Part shown: piece by piece, positions 41,160 to 55,131 of the stretch
Numbering within the stretch: position 1 is the stretch's first letter
How the letters are laid out: each line of letters begins with the position of its first letter
Origin: Octopus sinensis
Taxonomy: Eukaryota
Assembly (NCBI RefSeq): GCF_006345805.1
Contig: NC_043009.1
Location: 62,248,001 to 62,312,000 of the forward strand
DNA: 64,000 bases
Direction of reading: 5' to 3'
Translations under genes and position numbers: made by a program
Notes under the pieces: model-generated
The model's input: the letters and a program-made list of their open reading frames with translations, nothing else
What the model was told of the DNA's origin: nothing
The model's database searches: none

Positions 41160-41618
41160 AACAGCAAACAAGATGAGGACAAATATCTGTCAAATATAAA
41201 TAATGTAAATAGTATATGAGCATGTCTAGAAATGCAACTATATGCATGAGAATACATACATAAAAAAAAAACATACAAATCTGTACATATACATACAGAC
41301 AGACTGACAGACAAACAGACAGACTGACAGACAAACTAAAATACTGTCTTGATGTTGGTATTCCAATGAAGAGCTTTGGATCTTGGTTAGAAACCGGCTT
41401 TTTCTCTTTTGCCAAGATATATCGAAATAAAACTGAACAATGATATATATACAGGCGCAGGAGTGGCTGTGTGGTAAGTAGCTTGTTTACCAACCACATG
41501 GTTCCGGGTTCAGTACCACTGCGTGGCACCTTGAGCAAGTGTCTTCTACTATAGCCTCGGGCCGACCAAAGCCTTGTGAGTGGATTTGGTAGACGGAAAG
41601 TGAAAGAAGCCCGTCGTA

Positions 41619-41664
<46 letters not shown>

Positions 41665-43546
41665 TGTGTGTGTTTGTGTGTCTGTGTTTGTCCCCCTAGC
41701 ATTGCTTGACAACCGATGCTGGTGTGTTTATGTCCCCGTTACTTAGCGGTTCGGCAAAAGAGACCGATAGAATAAGTACTGGGCTTACAAAAAGAATAAG
41801 TCCCGGGGTCGAGTTGCTCGATTAAAGGCGGTGCTCCAGCATGGCCCCAGTCAAATGACTGAAACAAGTAAAAGAGTAAAAAGAGAGAGTATACAAATTT
41901 ATACAAACACCTGGAAGTAGTGTGTTTTCGAAGAAAAGAGTTAAAGAAACTAACGCGGATTCCCCAGTTCAACCAACGCACCAAGTCAACCACATATTTA
42001 CAAACACCGGGAACTTTTGATTCAAAAAGCTTTGTCGCTTTGTTAGCGACCGGCTTGAACACTCTTAAGAAGGACTTAAATGAAACTTAAAGAGAAACCT
42101 TAATTCATAGATACAAATGAAGGCGATGTCTGGGGATTATAAAAATCTGCAAGACAAAGCGGGTGGTCGGTCAAAATTTATTCTAAATTAAAAAGAGAGA
42201 AAGAACATACACACACATACATACATACATACATACATACATACATACATACATACATAACATACATACATACATACATACATACATACATACATACATA
42301 CATACATACATACATACATACATACATACATACATACATACATACATACATACATACATACATACATACATACATACATACATACATACATACATACATA
42401 CATACATACATACATACATACATTATAAACAACCCATTTCAAAGATCCTCTCCGTAAATCGAAGACATTTTATCTCATTCTGCTATGTATGTGAGATTCG
42501 ATCGTGTCTGTGTATTTTATGTACAGCTCTGCACTCTGAGGTACTTTTCCCCTCTTCCATATTGTTCACATACAAACATTCAAACATACATACATACATA
42601 CATACATACATACATACATACATACATACATACATACATGTATATATATAGATATATATGTAACTGTGTGTTTATGCATAGGTGTGTATAAGTGCTTAAA
42701 TATAGTTGTTTGTGTATATTTTATATACACCTGAAAGCATTATATGTGACACCTTACAGATACACAAATCACATTTTTATTACCATATTCAACTTCCTAA
42801 ATCTTTCCACCAAGTCTAGAAGTTACATGTGTTAAGATGGGGGTTTCTAACCCTTTTTTTTTTCGCGCCGTTTAACCCTTAGGAACTTACCAAAGGAAAT
42901 TTACCACCATCACCACCACCACCCTCTCATACATTTCCGTTACATTTCCACTATAAATGTTACAAATTTTAGCACCAGGCCTGCAATTTTAAGGAGCGGG
43001 GATTAACCGATTACATTGACTCTATTACTTAACCGGTGCTGTATTTTATCGCCTTAGACGTACTTGAACTCGGAACGTAAAGAGCCGGAGGAAATGCCGT
43101 TAAGTATTTTGTTCGACACGCTACCGATTCTGCCAACTCGCTACTTTTTACACGTCTATAATTCTATCGAATTTTGGTCCAAGGCCAGGGAATTTAAAGA
43201 AAGGAGTCACGCGATTAGATTGACCCAGTGCGTTACTGTTACTTATTTTATCGACCATGAAAGGAGCAAAGTCGACCTCTGCGGAATTTGATCTCAGAAC
43301 GTAAAAAAATCCGTAAGAAATGCATCTAAGCATTTTGTCCGGCGTGCCGGCCATCATACCAGCTCGCTGTCTCAGCACGTCTACTATAATAGAACAACTG
43401 ACAAAGGGGAAATGTAAAATGCTATTTTTAAACAGTATTATTTTGAGTTCAAATAACAATAACAATAAAAATACTCCATAACAATGTTATTTCCTTTTTA
43501 CATTATTTACATTCGACGGATATTTGTCCTCATCTTGTTTGTTGTT

Positions 43547-43592
43547 AACACAACGTTTCGGCTGATATACCCTCCAGCCTTCATCAGGTATC
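43547..43592 (-). ncRNA. Minimal type I hammerhead ribozyme motif (intact)
   Basis: GATAC CTGATGA A GGCTG-gagggtatat-CAGCC GAA ACGT T GTGTT. Confidence 0.78.
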
Positions 43593-43696
43593 TTGGGGAA
43601 ATTTCGAACCTCGGCTCTCATTCCTAAGGTATTTTTCGATGTTATTATTATTTAAATACCTTAGGAATGAGAACCCAGGTTCGAAATTTTCCCCAA

Positions 43697-43740
43697 GACA
43701 CCTGAAGAAGGCTGGAGGGTATATCAGCCGAAACGTTGTG
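43697..43740 (+). ncRNA. Minimal type I hammerhead ribozyme motif
   Basis: GACAC CTGAAGA A GGCTG…CAGCC GAA ACGT T GTG; element homology stops 3 nt after the predicted cut. Confidence 0.72.
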
Positions 43741-44789
43741 CAAAAACGAGTAATCTTCCAACGGACCGGCCTTCCATCCAGGGGGAGGCTATATCCACCA
43801 CAGAATCGGGGAAACCGGCATTATGAGCCTATGGCTTGGGAACCACCTTTGACACTTCTTTGATATGAGGTACATGTTTTCTTATATCGTATTGTTGGCA
43901 TCCTTTTGTCACGGGAGACAATGGAGTTGCGCATAAACTATTCCAGTCTGGTTTTTACATTTCATGTCCTCTCCAGTTTTGCGCAGGCATGGGCTAGATG
44001 TAAGAAAATCCTGGGTAGCCCAATCGTCAGGAATCCTCTCTCGACCTTGCTGACGTAGTCTAAAGGAGTGCAGAGCATTACGTTTGGCATCAGCTTCGTT
44101 GCAGGAGCTACCGGAAGAGTGTCAAATCGAGCACTAAACTGCATATGGATTTCTTTGAAGGTTGTCTCCTTTCCGTAACCCTGGATAGGGGCCCATACCG
44201 GGTACTGTCAGCAGGAGCCAGCTGAATCCGGGACTCGTGTCAGGCAGGGTCGTCACTCCCTGAAGTAGTGGAGAAAATCGCTAACCACAGAATCGGGGAA
44301 ACCGGCATTATGAGCTTATGGCTTGGGAACCACCTTTGACACTTCTTTGACATAAGGTACATGTTTTCTTATATCGTATATAAGGTAGATATTGCCTTAC
44401 ACAAAATATAAGCTATACGTTGTGTTGCGCAAAATGCTCTGTAAGTTGCATACTGGTTCATGTTTCTGAAGTGCATTGTATTTTAGGTTACACAACATTC
44501 TGTTGTGTAACACTTTATATACAATGCATTACACAGCCTTATGCGGTTGTATAACCTTATACGGTTAGGCAACATATAACGTGCATCTAATATGTATTTT
44601 TTTTTTCTTGAGCGTTAGGATTCATTAGGCCGGTCACCCGACTTCCTTTGCGTATAATAAGTGAACGATATTACAACATTCCCCCACTGAACGGGACTCC
44701 TACCCATTGTAGGGTACAAAGCATGCAATTTTGAAGGGAAGACACAAATCTATCACAACGACTCCAGTACTTGACGGGTTGCTTTATTT

Positions 44790-46805
44790 CATTGAGCCCG
44801 AAAAAACAAAAGACAAAGTTGACCTCGGCAAGATTTGAACTCAGAACGTAATGAGCATGTTGTCCGACGCGCTAACGATTCTGCCAGCTCGCTGCCTTGT
44901 ATGTTTTACTGGTTTCAAATTTTGGCACAAGGCCGGCAATTTCGGGAGAGGGTGTAAATCGATTACAGCGACCCCAGCGCTCAACTGATACTTATTTTAT
45001 CGACCCCGAAAGGATGAAAGACAAAGTCGATCTGAGAGGAATTTGAACCCAGAACGTAAAGTCTGACGAAATGCCGCTAAGCATTTTGTCCGACGCGCTA
45101 ACGGTTCTATTAGCTTGCTACTTTGTTGTATTACACAGTATTTAAGTCACATATGTGTTACGCAGTGTGTAACTGTATATATAGGCGCAGGAGTGGCTGT
45201 ATGGTAAGTAGCTCGCTTACCAACCACATGGTTCCGGGTTCAGTCCCACTGCATGGCACCTTGGGCAAGTGTTTTCTACCGACCAAAGCCTTGTGAGTGG
45301 ATTTGGTATACGGAAACTGAAAGAAGCCCGTCGTATATACATGTATATATATATATATATATGTATGTTTATGTTTGTGTGTCTGTGTCTATCCCCCCAA
45401 CATCACTTGACAACAGATGCTGGTGTGTTTACGTCCCCGTCACTTAGCGGTTCGGCAAGAGAGACCGATAGAATAAGTACTAGGCTTACACAGAATAAGT
45501 CCTGGGGTCGATTTGCTCGACTAAAGGTGGTGCTCCAGCATAGCCGCAGTCAAATGACTGAAACAAATAAATGAATAAAAGAAAAAAAAAGAACAAAAAA
45601 AAAAAGACACGGGTTGAGTTAGTATCGTTATTGAGGTCGATAAAATAAAGTACCACTCGAGTACTGGGGTTCATGCGTTCGGCTACTCTTCCTGTCCTAA
45701 ATTGGTGACCTAATGCCAAAATTTTAAACCATTGTCAATCCTAATTCTGGCAGAAGGCCTGAATTTTTTGAAGAAGGGGTATAGTCGATTATTTCGACGC
45801 TGGTACACGATTGGTACATCTTTCATTGACCCCGAAAAAATGAAAGGCAAAGTCGACCGCGGCGGAATTTGAACTTAGAACATAAGGGTCGACAAAATGG
45901 CGTTAAGCATCTTGACCGGCGTGCTAACGATTCTGCCAGCCGCCACCTTAGTATAAATAATAATAATGATTTCAAATTTTTCCATATGGGCAGCCATTTT
46001 AGGAGAGGGGATTAGTTGATTACATTGACCCCAGTACTTAATTTATTTTAAGTTATCGACCCCGAAAGGATGTATTTTTTTCCTGAGCGTCAGGATTCAT
46101 TAGGCCCCGAAAGGATTTGAACTTACAACGTCGCGACGGGCGAAATACCGCTAAGCACTCCCCCTCGCCCGGCGAGCTAACGATTCTGCTAGCTCGCTGT
46201 GTAAATAAATAATAATCCTTTCTGTTAAAGGCACAAGGCCTGAAAGTTGGGGGTGGAGAGGAGGGACTAATCGATTACATCAACCCCAGTGTTCCACTGG
46301 TACTTAATTTATCTACCCCGAAACGATAAAAGGCAAAGTCGACCGCGGCGGAATTTGAAATCAGAACGTAAAGGTTGACGATATGCCGCTAAGCATTTCA
46401 CCCGGTGTGCTAACGATTCTTTTCTATTCTATGCACAAAGCCCGAAATTATGAAGGAAGGAGCCAGTCGATTAGATCGATCCCAGTGTGTAACTGGTACT
46501 TAATTTATCGACCCCGAAATGATGAAAGTAAAGTCGACCTCGGCGGAATTTGAACTCAGGACGTAAAGACAGACGATATGCCGCTAAGCATTTCGTCCGG
46601 CGTGGTAACGTTTCCGCCAGCTAATAATAATGATTAATTTTTTTTGCCACAAAGGCAGCCCGGGGGGAAGGGATTAAGGCGATTACATCGACCCCAGTGT
46701 GTGACTGGTACTTATTTAATCGACCCCGAAAGGATGAAACGCAAAATTGACCTCGGCGGAATTTTAACTCAGGACGTAAAGACGATTCTGCCAGCTCGCC
46801 GCCTT
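44790..46805 (-). mobile_element. Cluster of about seven same-orientation, diverged family B SINE copies (one family A SINE inserted at 45184-45580)
   Basis: Repeated atcgaccccgaaaggatgaaaggcaaagtcgacc…gaactcagaacgtaa…gctaacgattctgccagc. Confidence 0.8.
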
Positions 46806-46863
46806 AGTATAAATAATAATAATAATAGTAGTAGTAGTAATAATAATAATAATAATAATAATA

Positions 46864-46902
<39 letters not shown>

Positions 46903-47669
46903 CAACCACAAACCCGAGATCGAAAGAATGAGAGAAAATACACCGAGTTGACAAAGTGAGCTTTGGAACAACAACACCAGTAGTAGTAGTAGTAGTAGTA
47001 GTAGTATCGTTGCTTACCATAAAGGCTTAGAGATGGAGGATATTGCAAGGACAAATTACAAAAACCGGACGAAGTGAGCCCAGGGAGTGAAAATATCGGA
47101 TAGGGGATAGACAAGGGACGGGGTTTTTGTTTTTGTTTTGTTTTTCTATGTTGTTGTTGTTGTTGTTTTTCCCTTCCTCTTTTCTTTTTTGGTGAGTATA
47201 ATAAAAATAAACAAACACGTAAATAACAAAACAAAAATAAATAACAACCTGCTAGAAATAACAACCAAATTTGCCCCCAAAATTAAACCGCACCCAACCC
47301 ATCTCAGCTAAGAAAAAAAGCAACACATTAATTAGACAATGAAATCCGAGGTACCCGTAAAAAAAAAGAGAACGGGGTAGACCCATCATTGTTTTGTTTT
47401 TGTTCTTTTTTTCTTTTCCTTTTTGTTTTTTTACGGAATGCTTTTTTTTTTCAGAATAGGTATACTCAGCCAGGGTTTCCCTGCGGTTAAACAACAATTC
47501 TAAACAATAATACTCACTTAATACGTTGTGTTGGTAGGGGTAACCGTTGACATAGACGTCGTTATTTTTGTTATATTGCCATTGTTGTTCTTGGTGTTGT
47601 TGCTGTCAACACTATCGTCGCTGTTGTTGTTTCGCGAGACCAGGTGCCGTTGTTATCGTTGTCGTTGTC

Positions 47670-47703
<34 letters not shown>

Positions 47704-47818
47704 CTTATTCTGCTACAGCCGGGTCGCTAAACTCCCCGTCTAAGAAGTATTATCCGAACGGGACAATTGCAACCAATGTTGCAGTGATGGCTACTGTGTG
47801 CGTATGTGATTGAATGTA

Positions 47819-47858
<40 letters not shown>

Positions 47859-48054
47859 GGTGTATGTGTGAGTATGTATGTATAAGTGCTTGTGCGTGTG
47901 TGTGTGTATCTGTGCTTGTGCGTATGCGTGTATATGAACGTATTATATGTATGTCTGTTTTTTTGTGCTTGTGTATCAATGCATATGTGTATGTATGCGT
48001 GTATATATATATATGTGTGTGTGGTGTATATATATATATATGTATATATGTTTG

Positions 48055-48114
<60 letters not shown>

Positions 48115-48312
48115 GGTGTATGTGTGAGTATGTATGTATAAGTGCTTGTGCGTGTGTGTGTGTATCTGTGCTTGTGCGTATGCGTGTATATGAACGTATT
48201 AATGTATGTCTGTTTTTTTGTGCTTGTGTATCAATGCATATGTGTATGTATGCGTGTATATATATATATATGTGTGTGTGTGTGTATATATATATATATG
48301 TATATATGTTTG

Positions 48313-48367
<55 letters not shown>

Positions 48368-48904
48368 GTGTGGATGTACGAGTGTGTGTGTGTCTGTGTG
48401 TGTGCTTGTGTTTGATGTGTATGTATATAAGTGTATATATGTACGTCCGCGTGTTTGCGTGTGCTTGTGTGTGGTTATGTATATGTATGTGCGTATATAT
48501 GCGTATGTGCGTACACGCGCGCTTGTGTGTACGCGTGTATGTGTGTGTGTGTATGTGTGTGTGTGTGTGTGTATGTGTGTGTGTGTGCAGAATTGCAGAA
48601 CGGAGATTTTTACGTTAGTGTCCGTAGCAATTCATAACCGTTTATATATATATACGCACGCATGTGTATAAGTATGCCTGCGTATTTATGTACGTATGTA
48701 TGTATGTATGCATGTATTATGTATGTATGTATGTGTGTGTGTATGTGTGTGTATGCTATTTGCGTATGTATGTATTTATATATACAGAACCTCTGTCTGT
48801 CTCTACTGCCCAGCTCCACTGCGGTATTTGAGAAGCAGCTAGGATACGACGACCTTGACACCAGCTGCACACTAATATGCATACACATACACATACACCA
48901 AAAC

Positions 48905-48972
<68 letters not shown>

Positions 48973-49077
48973 GTACATAAAAACATGCATTCTATATACA
49001 TACATAAATACGTACTTACATATTTGTACACTGTATACCTATACATATACACAGACGGCGTACAGACTCTATATATG

Positions 49078-49109
<32 letters not shown>

Positions 49110-49219
49110 TGTATGTATGTATGTATGTATGCATGTATGTATATAGGTATGTATGTATGTATGTATGTATGTATGTATGTATGTATGTGCGCATGTATGT
49201 AAGTATGTATGTATGTGTG

Positions 49220-49295
<76 letters not shown>

Positions 49296-50017
49296 TATGT
49301 ACACACACGCACCTTACATCGCTTATATGCATAAACACGCCGCCACTATCCCTTTTATTTCCATCTTCATCGCACCGCCCACCTTTACGACGAACAACTA
49401 CCACCACCACTACTACAACCATTACCACTACCATCTATGCCACCAAAACTACCACTACAATCACCACCACCACCACCACTACCACCAGTGCCACCACCAC
49501 CACCACTGCTACTACCACCGCTACTACCACCAATACCACCACTACCACTACCAGTAGCACCGGTTCCACCACTGGTGCCACCACCTTCACCATCTCCATC
49601 GCCACCGCTGCTGCCACCACCACTGCTACTGCAACCACCACTACAAACGCTACCACTGCTTGTACCACCAACACAGCGACATCTTCATCTGCTACCACCA
49701 CTATCGTTACTACCACCGCAGCCACACACCCATGCAACACCACCAACCACCACCACCACCATCTCCATCATCACAAATAGCTACCCTAACTTTATCACTA
49801 AACCGCCTCCAATACCACTATACTACCACCATACTTCCACCTACCATCAGCACCATAATCGCCAGTATCAATACCACTAACACGAATACCACCACTACCA
49901 CCACAACCGCTACTACCACCGCCACCAACGACACCACCACTACCACCGCCACCATAGCTAATACCCATACTACTACCGCTGCGATCACCACAGCCTACCA
50001 CCACCACCACCACCTCG

Positions 50018-50051
<34 letters not shown>

Positions 50052-51563
50052 GTACTGCCACTAATACCAGAAACACAACTTTCATCAGCGCACCTAACCA
50101 TCTCATCACCACCACCACCACCACCACCACCAGCACTAACATCATCACCATCACCACCATCACCGTCAATACCACCTCCATCAACATCACCACCTACACC
50201 GCCACCGCAACGACCGCTGCCAGCAAAACCACCACTACCACCACCACCACCATCGCCAACATTACCACCTACGCCACCGCCACCACCACCACCACCCGAT
50301 TCAATCTCCTAAACCTGAAATCAATAGAGGAAATGAAAAGAGAATGAAAAGAGAGAAGGAGAGACTAGGAGAAAGAGAGAGAGATAGACAAAAGTGGGAG
50401 AAAAAAACATTAAGAGGGGGGGTGGGGGCAAGAGAGAAAGACAGGTGAAGACTTATATCGACCCCAGGAGGATTTAAAGATGAAGTCGATCGCAACCACG
50501 TTAGAACTTACGACGTAAAGGGACGCAACTAAATGCGCAATTTCGTGCGACTCTCAGCTGAAACCGCCATTTTTGATATTGCAATAAAGGTAGGAGGGGG
50601 AGGGAGAAGGTTGATGATGGTATGCACCCAGTATATAACTGGTATTTATTCACCCCCGTCCTGAAGTTATAAAATGTAAAATGGAACCCGGTGTGTTTCT
50701 CTAATAACAGTTATAAAATTTAGCACAAGGCCAGAAATTTCAAGAGACGGTGTAAATCGATTAGATCGATCCCAGTCTTTCACTGGTACTTAATTTATCG
50801 ACCCCAAAAGGATGAAAAGCAAAATCGACCCCGAGAGGATAAAAGGAAAAGTCGACCCCGGCGGAATTTGAACCAAGAACGTAAAGACGGACAAAATGGC
50901 GCTAAGTATTTTGCCCGTCGTGCTAACGGTTCTGCCAGCTCTCCGCCTTGGGTGCTTCAGAGAAATCTCTACATGGTCTATTGAACTATTAACAATGGCA
51001 GCCATGTCTCCCTCAAATCATACTCAGTTGCCTTATTAAGTTAAGGGTACATTCAATAGTATAGCTGCAGTGCCTCTTACACTCAAAACAACCGCAGGTG
51101 GCAGCAGCGGGAGTCACCAAGCAAATTTCACACGTATACATACGTCTATTGACTTGATTACACATGCTAGCCACCGAAATGAAAATTTTTGTAAATTTTC
51201 TACGCTTATTGTTTTCTCGGACGCCTGTCTGTGACGTCCTGTTTTTGTTATTATTATTATCATTATTGCTTTTACGTATTTTTGTATTCTTATTCGTGTA
51301 ACATCGTCCGTTTTTCCGTCCTTGTTTTGTATACATTCGAGGCTTTCTTCCAAGGAATCTAATGCGCTTGGCTTAGATTTTCCTTTGGGGCTGGCCAGAT
51401 CGGAGCAATCTCAAGATTATTTCAGCCAAAATTGCGACGATGATCCGGTTCTTGACTGAAGATGAAGGCTTCGAATGTCCCGTCCGTTTTTTTGGTTCGT
51501 CTTCTAAATGTTTTGCGTTCTTGTCCCAGTTTGTATTTTTTTACACACACACACACACACACA

Positions 51564-51595
<32 letters not shown>

Positions 51596-51698
51596 TATAT
51601 ATATATATATATATGTATATGGTGCGTAAGGTATTTGAGGACATACGTTTTGGGGTTCATTGCTGCACTTTTTGCAATCTTTGTTTCAGAAAATAATA

Positions 51699-52100
51699 AT
51701 GGCAGATCCTCAGCTAACTCAAGAAAAGAAGAGGCATGCTGTTATTGTGGTTATAAAGGCTGAGCATAGCGATTTAGAAATACCACGAGTTTTAAAAATC
51801 GCCAGACTTTTCGTGTACAAAATTTGTAAGGAGCTAGAGACTGAAGATGGAAATGTATCACCAGTATCAAAGCATAAAAAGCATTCTAAATGCTCTGCAA
51901 TCATAGGAACACCTGAATTTATCCAGCAAGTAAAACAGACCATTGATTACAATCCCAGAAAGCCCATGAGGTTAATTGCAAAAGATCTCCGTGAGTCAGA
52001 AGGAACAGTCAGAAATGTTGTCCACGAAGACATCAGATATAAGTCTTATATGATGAGGAAAGAAAAAGACAATCACTACATCAGATCTAAAACGCTCTGA
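51699..52100 (+). mobile_element. IS630/Tc1/mariner transposase N-terminal fragment (maT/DD37D-like)
   Basis: MADPQLTQEKKRHAVIVVIKAEHSDLEI…FVYKI…TPEFIQQVKQTIDYNPRKPMRLIAKDL…VRNVVHEDIRYKSY; truncated before the catalytic domain. Subfamily from recall. Confidence 0.7.
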
Positions 52101-52306
52101 AACAAACTGAATGATCTAGCAGAAGTTGTGGAAGATTCCCCTCCTCCCCCTCCTCCAGAAGGAGAGATGGAGGTAGGCAAGGAGGGATCGACCTCCCCCG
52201 GGAAAAAAGGGGAGATAAAGGAAGAAGGGGAGCAACAATGGTTGCTCTCCGAGGGCTCCTAAGGTTTCAGGAAGAAGCGAGGTTCCTCCGGTCATGACAG
52301 ACAGAC

Positions 52307-52386
<80 letters not shown>

Positions 52387-52981
52387 GAATTTTAATTCGA
52401 GAATATGGATTGAACAAGCTTTATTCCAAATCACTACAATTGTTTCAGAGCATCAGTATCACCTGGTAATTTTATACATATTTTTATATTCACGGGTTTC
52501 AGCATGTGCATCCAGTAAAATGAGAAGCAGTACTGTATGATAGCATTTGGTAGCCGACACCCGTAGAGGAGCTTTGAAAAGCACACTATATAAAATTGTT
52601 ACCCAGATAATATTATTTATGCATGTGTGTGGGGTGGGGGATGGGGGTGAATGATGTGATGCACGCGCATAACATCATGATTCTGTATAAATTTCTCTGT
52701 ATAACCTGCTTTAAGTAAGGCAGAGTTATAAAATTCGGCGTAATCATTGAAAATGTCAACATTATCTACATTGATTCTATTCAGTCTTATTCTAACTTTA
52801 CTAATGTAGATATGAAATCTAGTCGTAAAGGAATTAACGATATCAATTTTAATATATACACCGAAACAAAACGGAGGGTGGGAGATAACCCTTATTTAAT
52901 CCCCTATTATCATTCTAAAGGTAAATTTAAGTCTTTCAAAAATAATTACACTAAAAATAAGATAAATAGTAGTAAAACAAT

Positions 52982-53659
52982 TTGACTAATTATTCCATAC
53001 GGGAAGAAATTAAATCTAATCTCCCAATGCAGTTTCGTGAAGCTATTATTAGGAATTTTCCAAAGAATTCTAGGTATTACTCTATTATCAACTCACATAC
53101 GGTTAGGATTGGTTTTTCCCACACAAAAAATCTCTTACAAATTATCTCTTCACATAATAACAACCTGTTAAATATTAATACATTTAAAAATAATAACATT
53201 AATTTAGCTAATACTATCCATCCCTCTAGAAATATTAACAAGGTTATTGTATCTGAAGTCAATTCCAACAGAATCCAGTTTATGTCAAGTAACTCAAAAA
53301 TTAAAAATTCGATATACGAGTGTAAAATTACTACTCATAATCAAGTACAATTTTACATTGGAAGCACGTCTTTACAGTTATCTAAAAGGATTTCTAACCA
53401 TTACTCGACATTTAGGGATAGGAATAAACGTAAGAGTACAGGGCTCAGTAAATTAATTTGGGAACTAAAAGACCACAATAAACAGTTTAATTTAGAATGG
53501 TTGATTCTCTCAATCTCAATACTTTATGACAAAGGCAAGGAATTCTGTCTTCTCTGTAATTTTGAACTATTTTTTATTATTTTTTCTAAAAATCGCCTAG
53601 TAAACACGGTTATAGAGCGTGCATACCGATGTAAACATTGGCAAAAACAACACCTTTAG
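52982..53659 (+). mobile_element. Penelope-like element GIY-YIG endonuclease ORF fragment
   Basis: TVRIGFS…IISSHN; IYECKI…FYIGSTS…KRISNH…STGLSKLIWELKD…CLLC…CKH. No reverse transcriptase upstream. Confidence 0.85.
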
Positions 53660-53955
53660 TTCATATAAGTAATCTCTATAATTATATATAATTTAAACAT
53701 TTATTTTCTTTTTATATTTCACATTCACTAAAAATATATATTTTCCTATTATATAAGGTTTTATTTAATATACATATAGTCTTATACATCTCATTTATTT
53801 AACTTTTCTTTAATTTATCCCTCCTCTTTCTATAGGCTACTTCTGACGTTATATCATATAACGTTTTTCAAACAATATCAATAGCGTTCAGTTAACCACT
53901 ATACATATCCATCATATTCTGTTAAAATGTCTTATTGACGAGTTTCATTTCTTCA

Positions 53956-54042
53956 TTTCGCTGAAGAGAAGATTACATTGTTTTACACCATTATATTCCT
54001 TTGGAATAATATCAGGGATATCTTCGAAACATGTGTTGGAAG
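53956..54042 (+). ncRNA. Type I hammerhead motif downstream of the Penelope-like ORF
   Basis: TTTCG CTGAAGA GAAGAT…ATCTTC GAA AC-ATGT-GT T GGAAG; 6-bp stem II with a large loop; one mismatch at the base of stem I. Confidence 0.6.
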
Positions 54043-54074
54043 TAAAAGTATTTGAATTACACCTGCGTTAAACT

Positions 54075-54112
<38 letters not shown>

Positions 54113-54586
54113 GACTAAAGTTTTTCAAGCGATGGTGGGGACAAACACAGACACACACACATACGATGAGCTTCTTTCAGTTTCCGTCAACGAAATCCAC
54201 TCACAAGGCTTTGGTCGGCCCGGGGCTATAGTAGAAGACAGTTGCCCAAGGTGTCACGCAGTGGGACTGAACCCGGAACCATGTGCTTGGTAAGCAGGCT
54301 ACTTACAGCACAGCCACGGCTGCGCCTATGTTGTTACGTCGTAAGAATTTAGATGATTCGAGAAACATTGAAATAATCTGTTTTTGATGGTGGCATCCCA
54401 AGTAGTTATTAGTAATTGCGTCCATATATTAGTTTAACGAATACTATTGGAGATAGAAAGTGAAAGCGATTGCACGCTATTATCTATAGCTATATTTATA
54501 GCATTTATGAATTCAGTATTTATATAAGTTTTGGCTATTATTTATGGCTTCATCTACTTGGAGTCCCACAGTTCAAAACCGAGTTA

Positions 54587-54690
<104 letters not shown>

Positions 54691-54699
54691 CATCTATCC

Positions 54700-54751
<52 letters not shown>

Positions 54752-55080
54752 CTCTTTCTCTCTCTCTCTCTCTATATATATATGTGTATGTATGTATGTA
54801 TGTATGTATGTATATGCACGTATGCATGTATACGTACACACACAGACACACGCATACACACATACATGCATACACACATATGTATGCATGTATGTACAGC
54901 ATGTATATGTACATGTGTGTGTTTACATGTACATGTATACACACACATATATGTATCTATATATGGATATGTATGCAAAAATATATAGATATCTATGTTT
55001 ATATCTACATATATGTACGTTTTATATATACGTATATATGTATGTATGTAGTACGTATTTATGTATATATATGTATATAC

Positions 55081-55131
<51 letters not shown>

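Larger units (their letters stand above)
40636..41212 (-). mobile_element. tRNA-headed, hammerhead-containing retroelement with an inverted second copy
   Basis: Flanked by TATATGAGCAT at 40625-40635 and 41213-41223. Minus-strand A-box TGGCGTAGTGG (40956-40946), (AAT)n, unit of about 170 bp with a hammerhead, aatgtaaat tail; inverted headless copy at 40970-41212. Confidence 0.75.
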
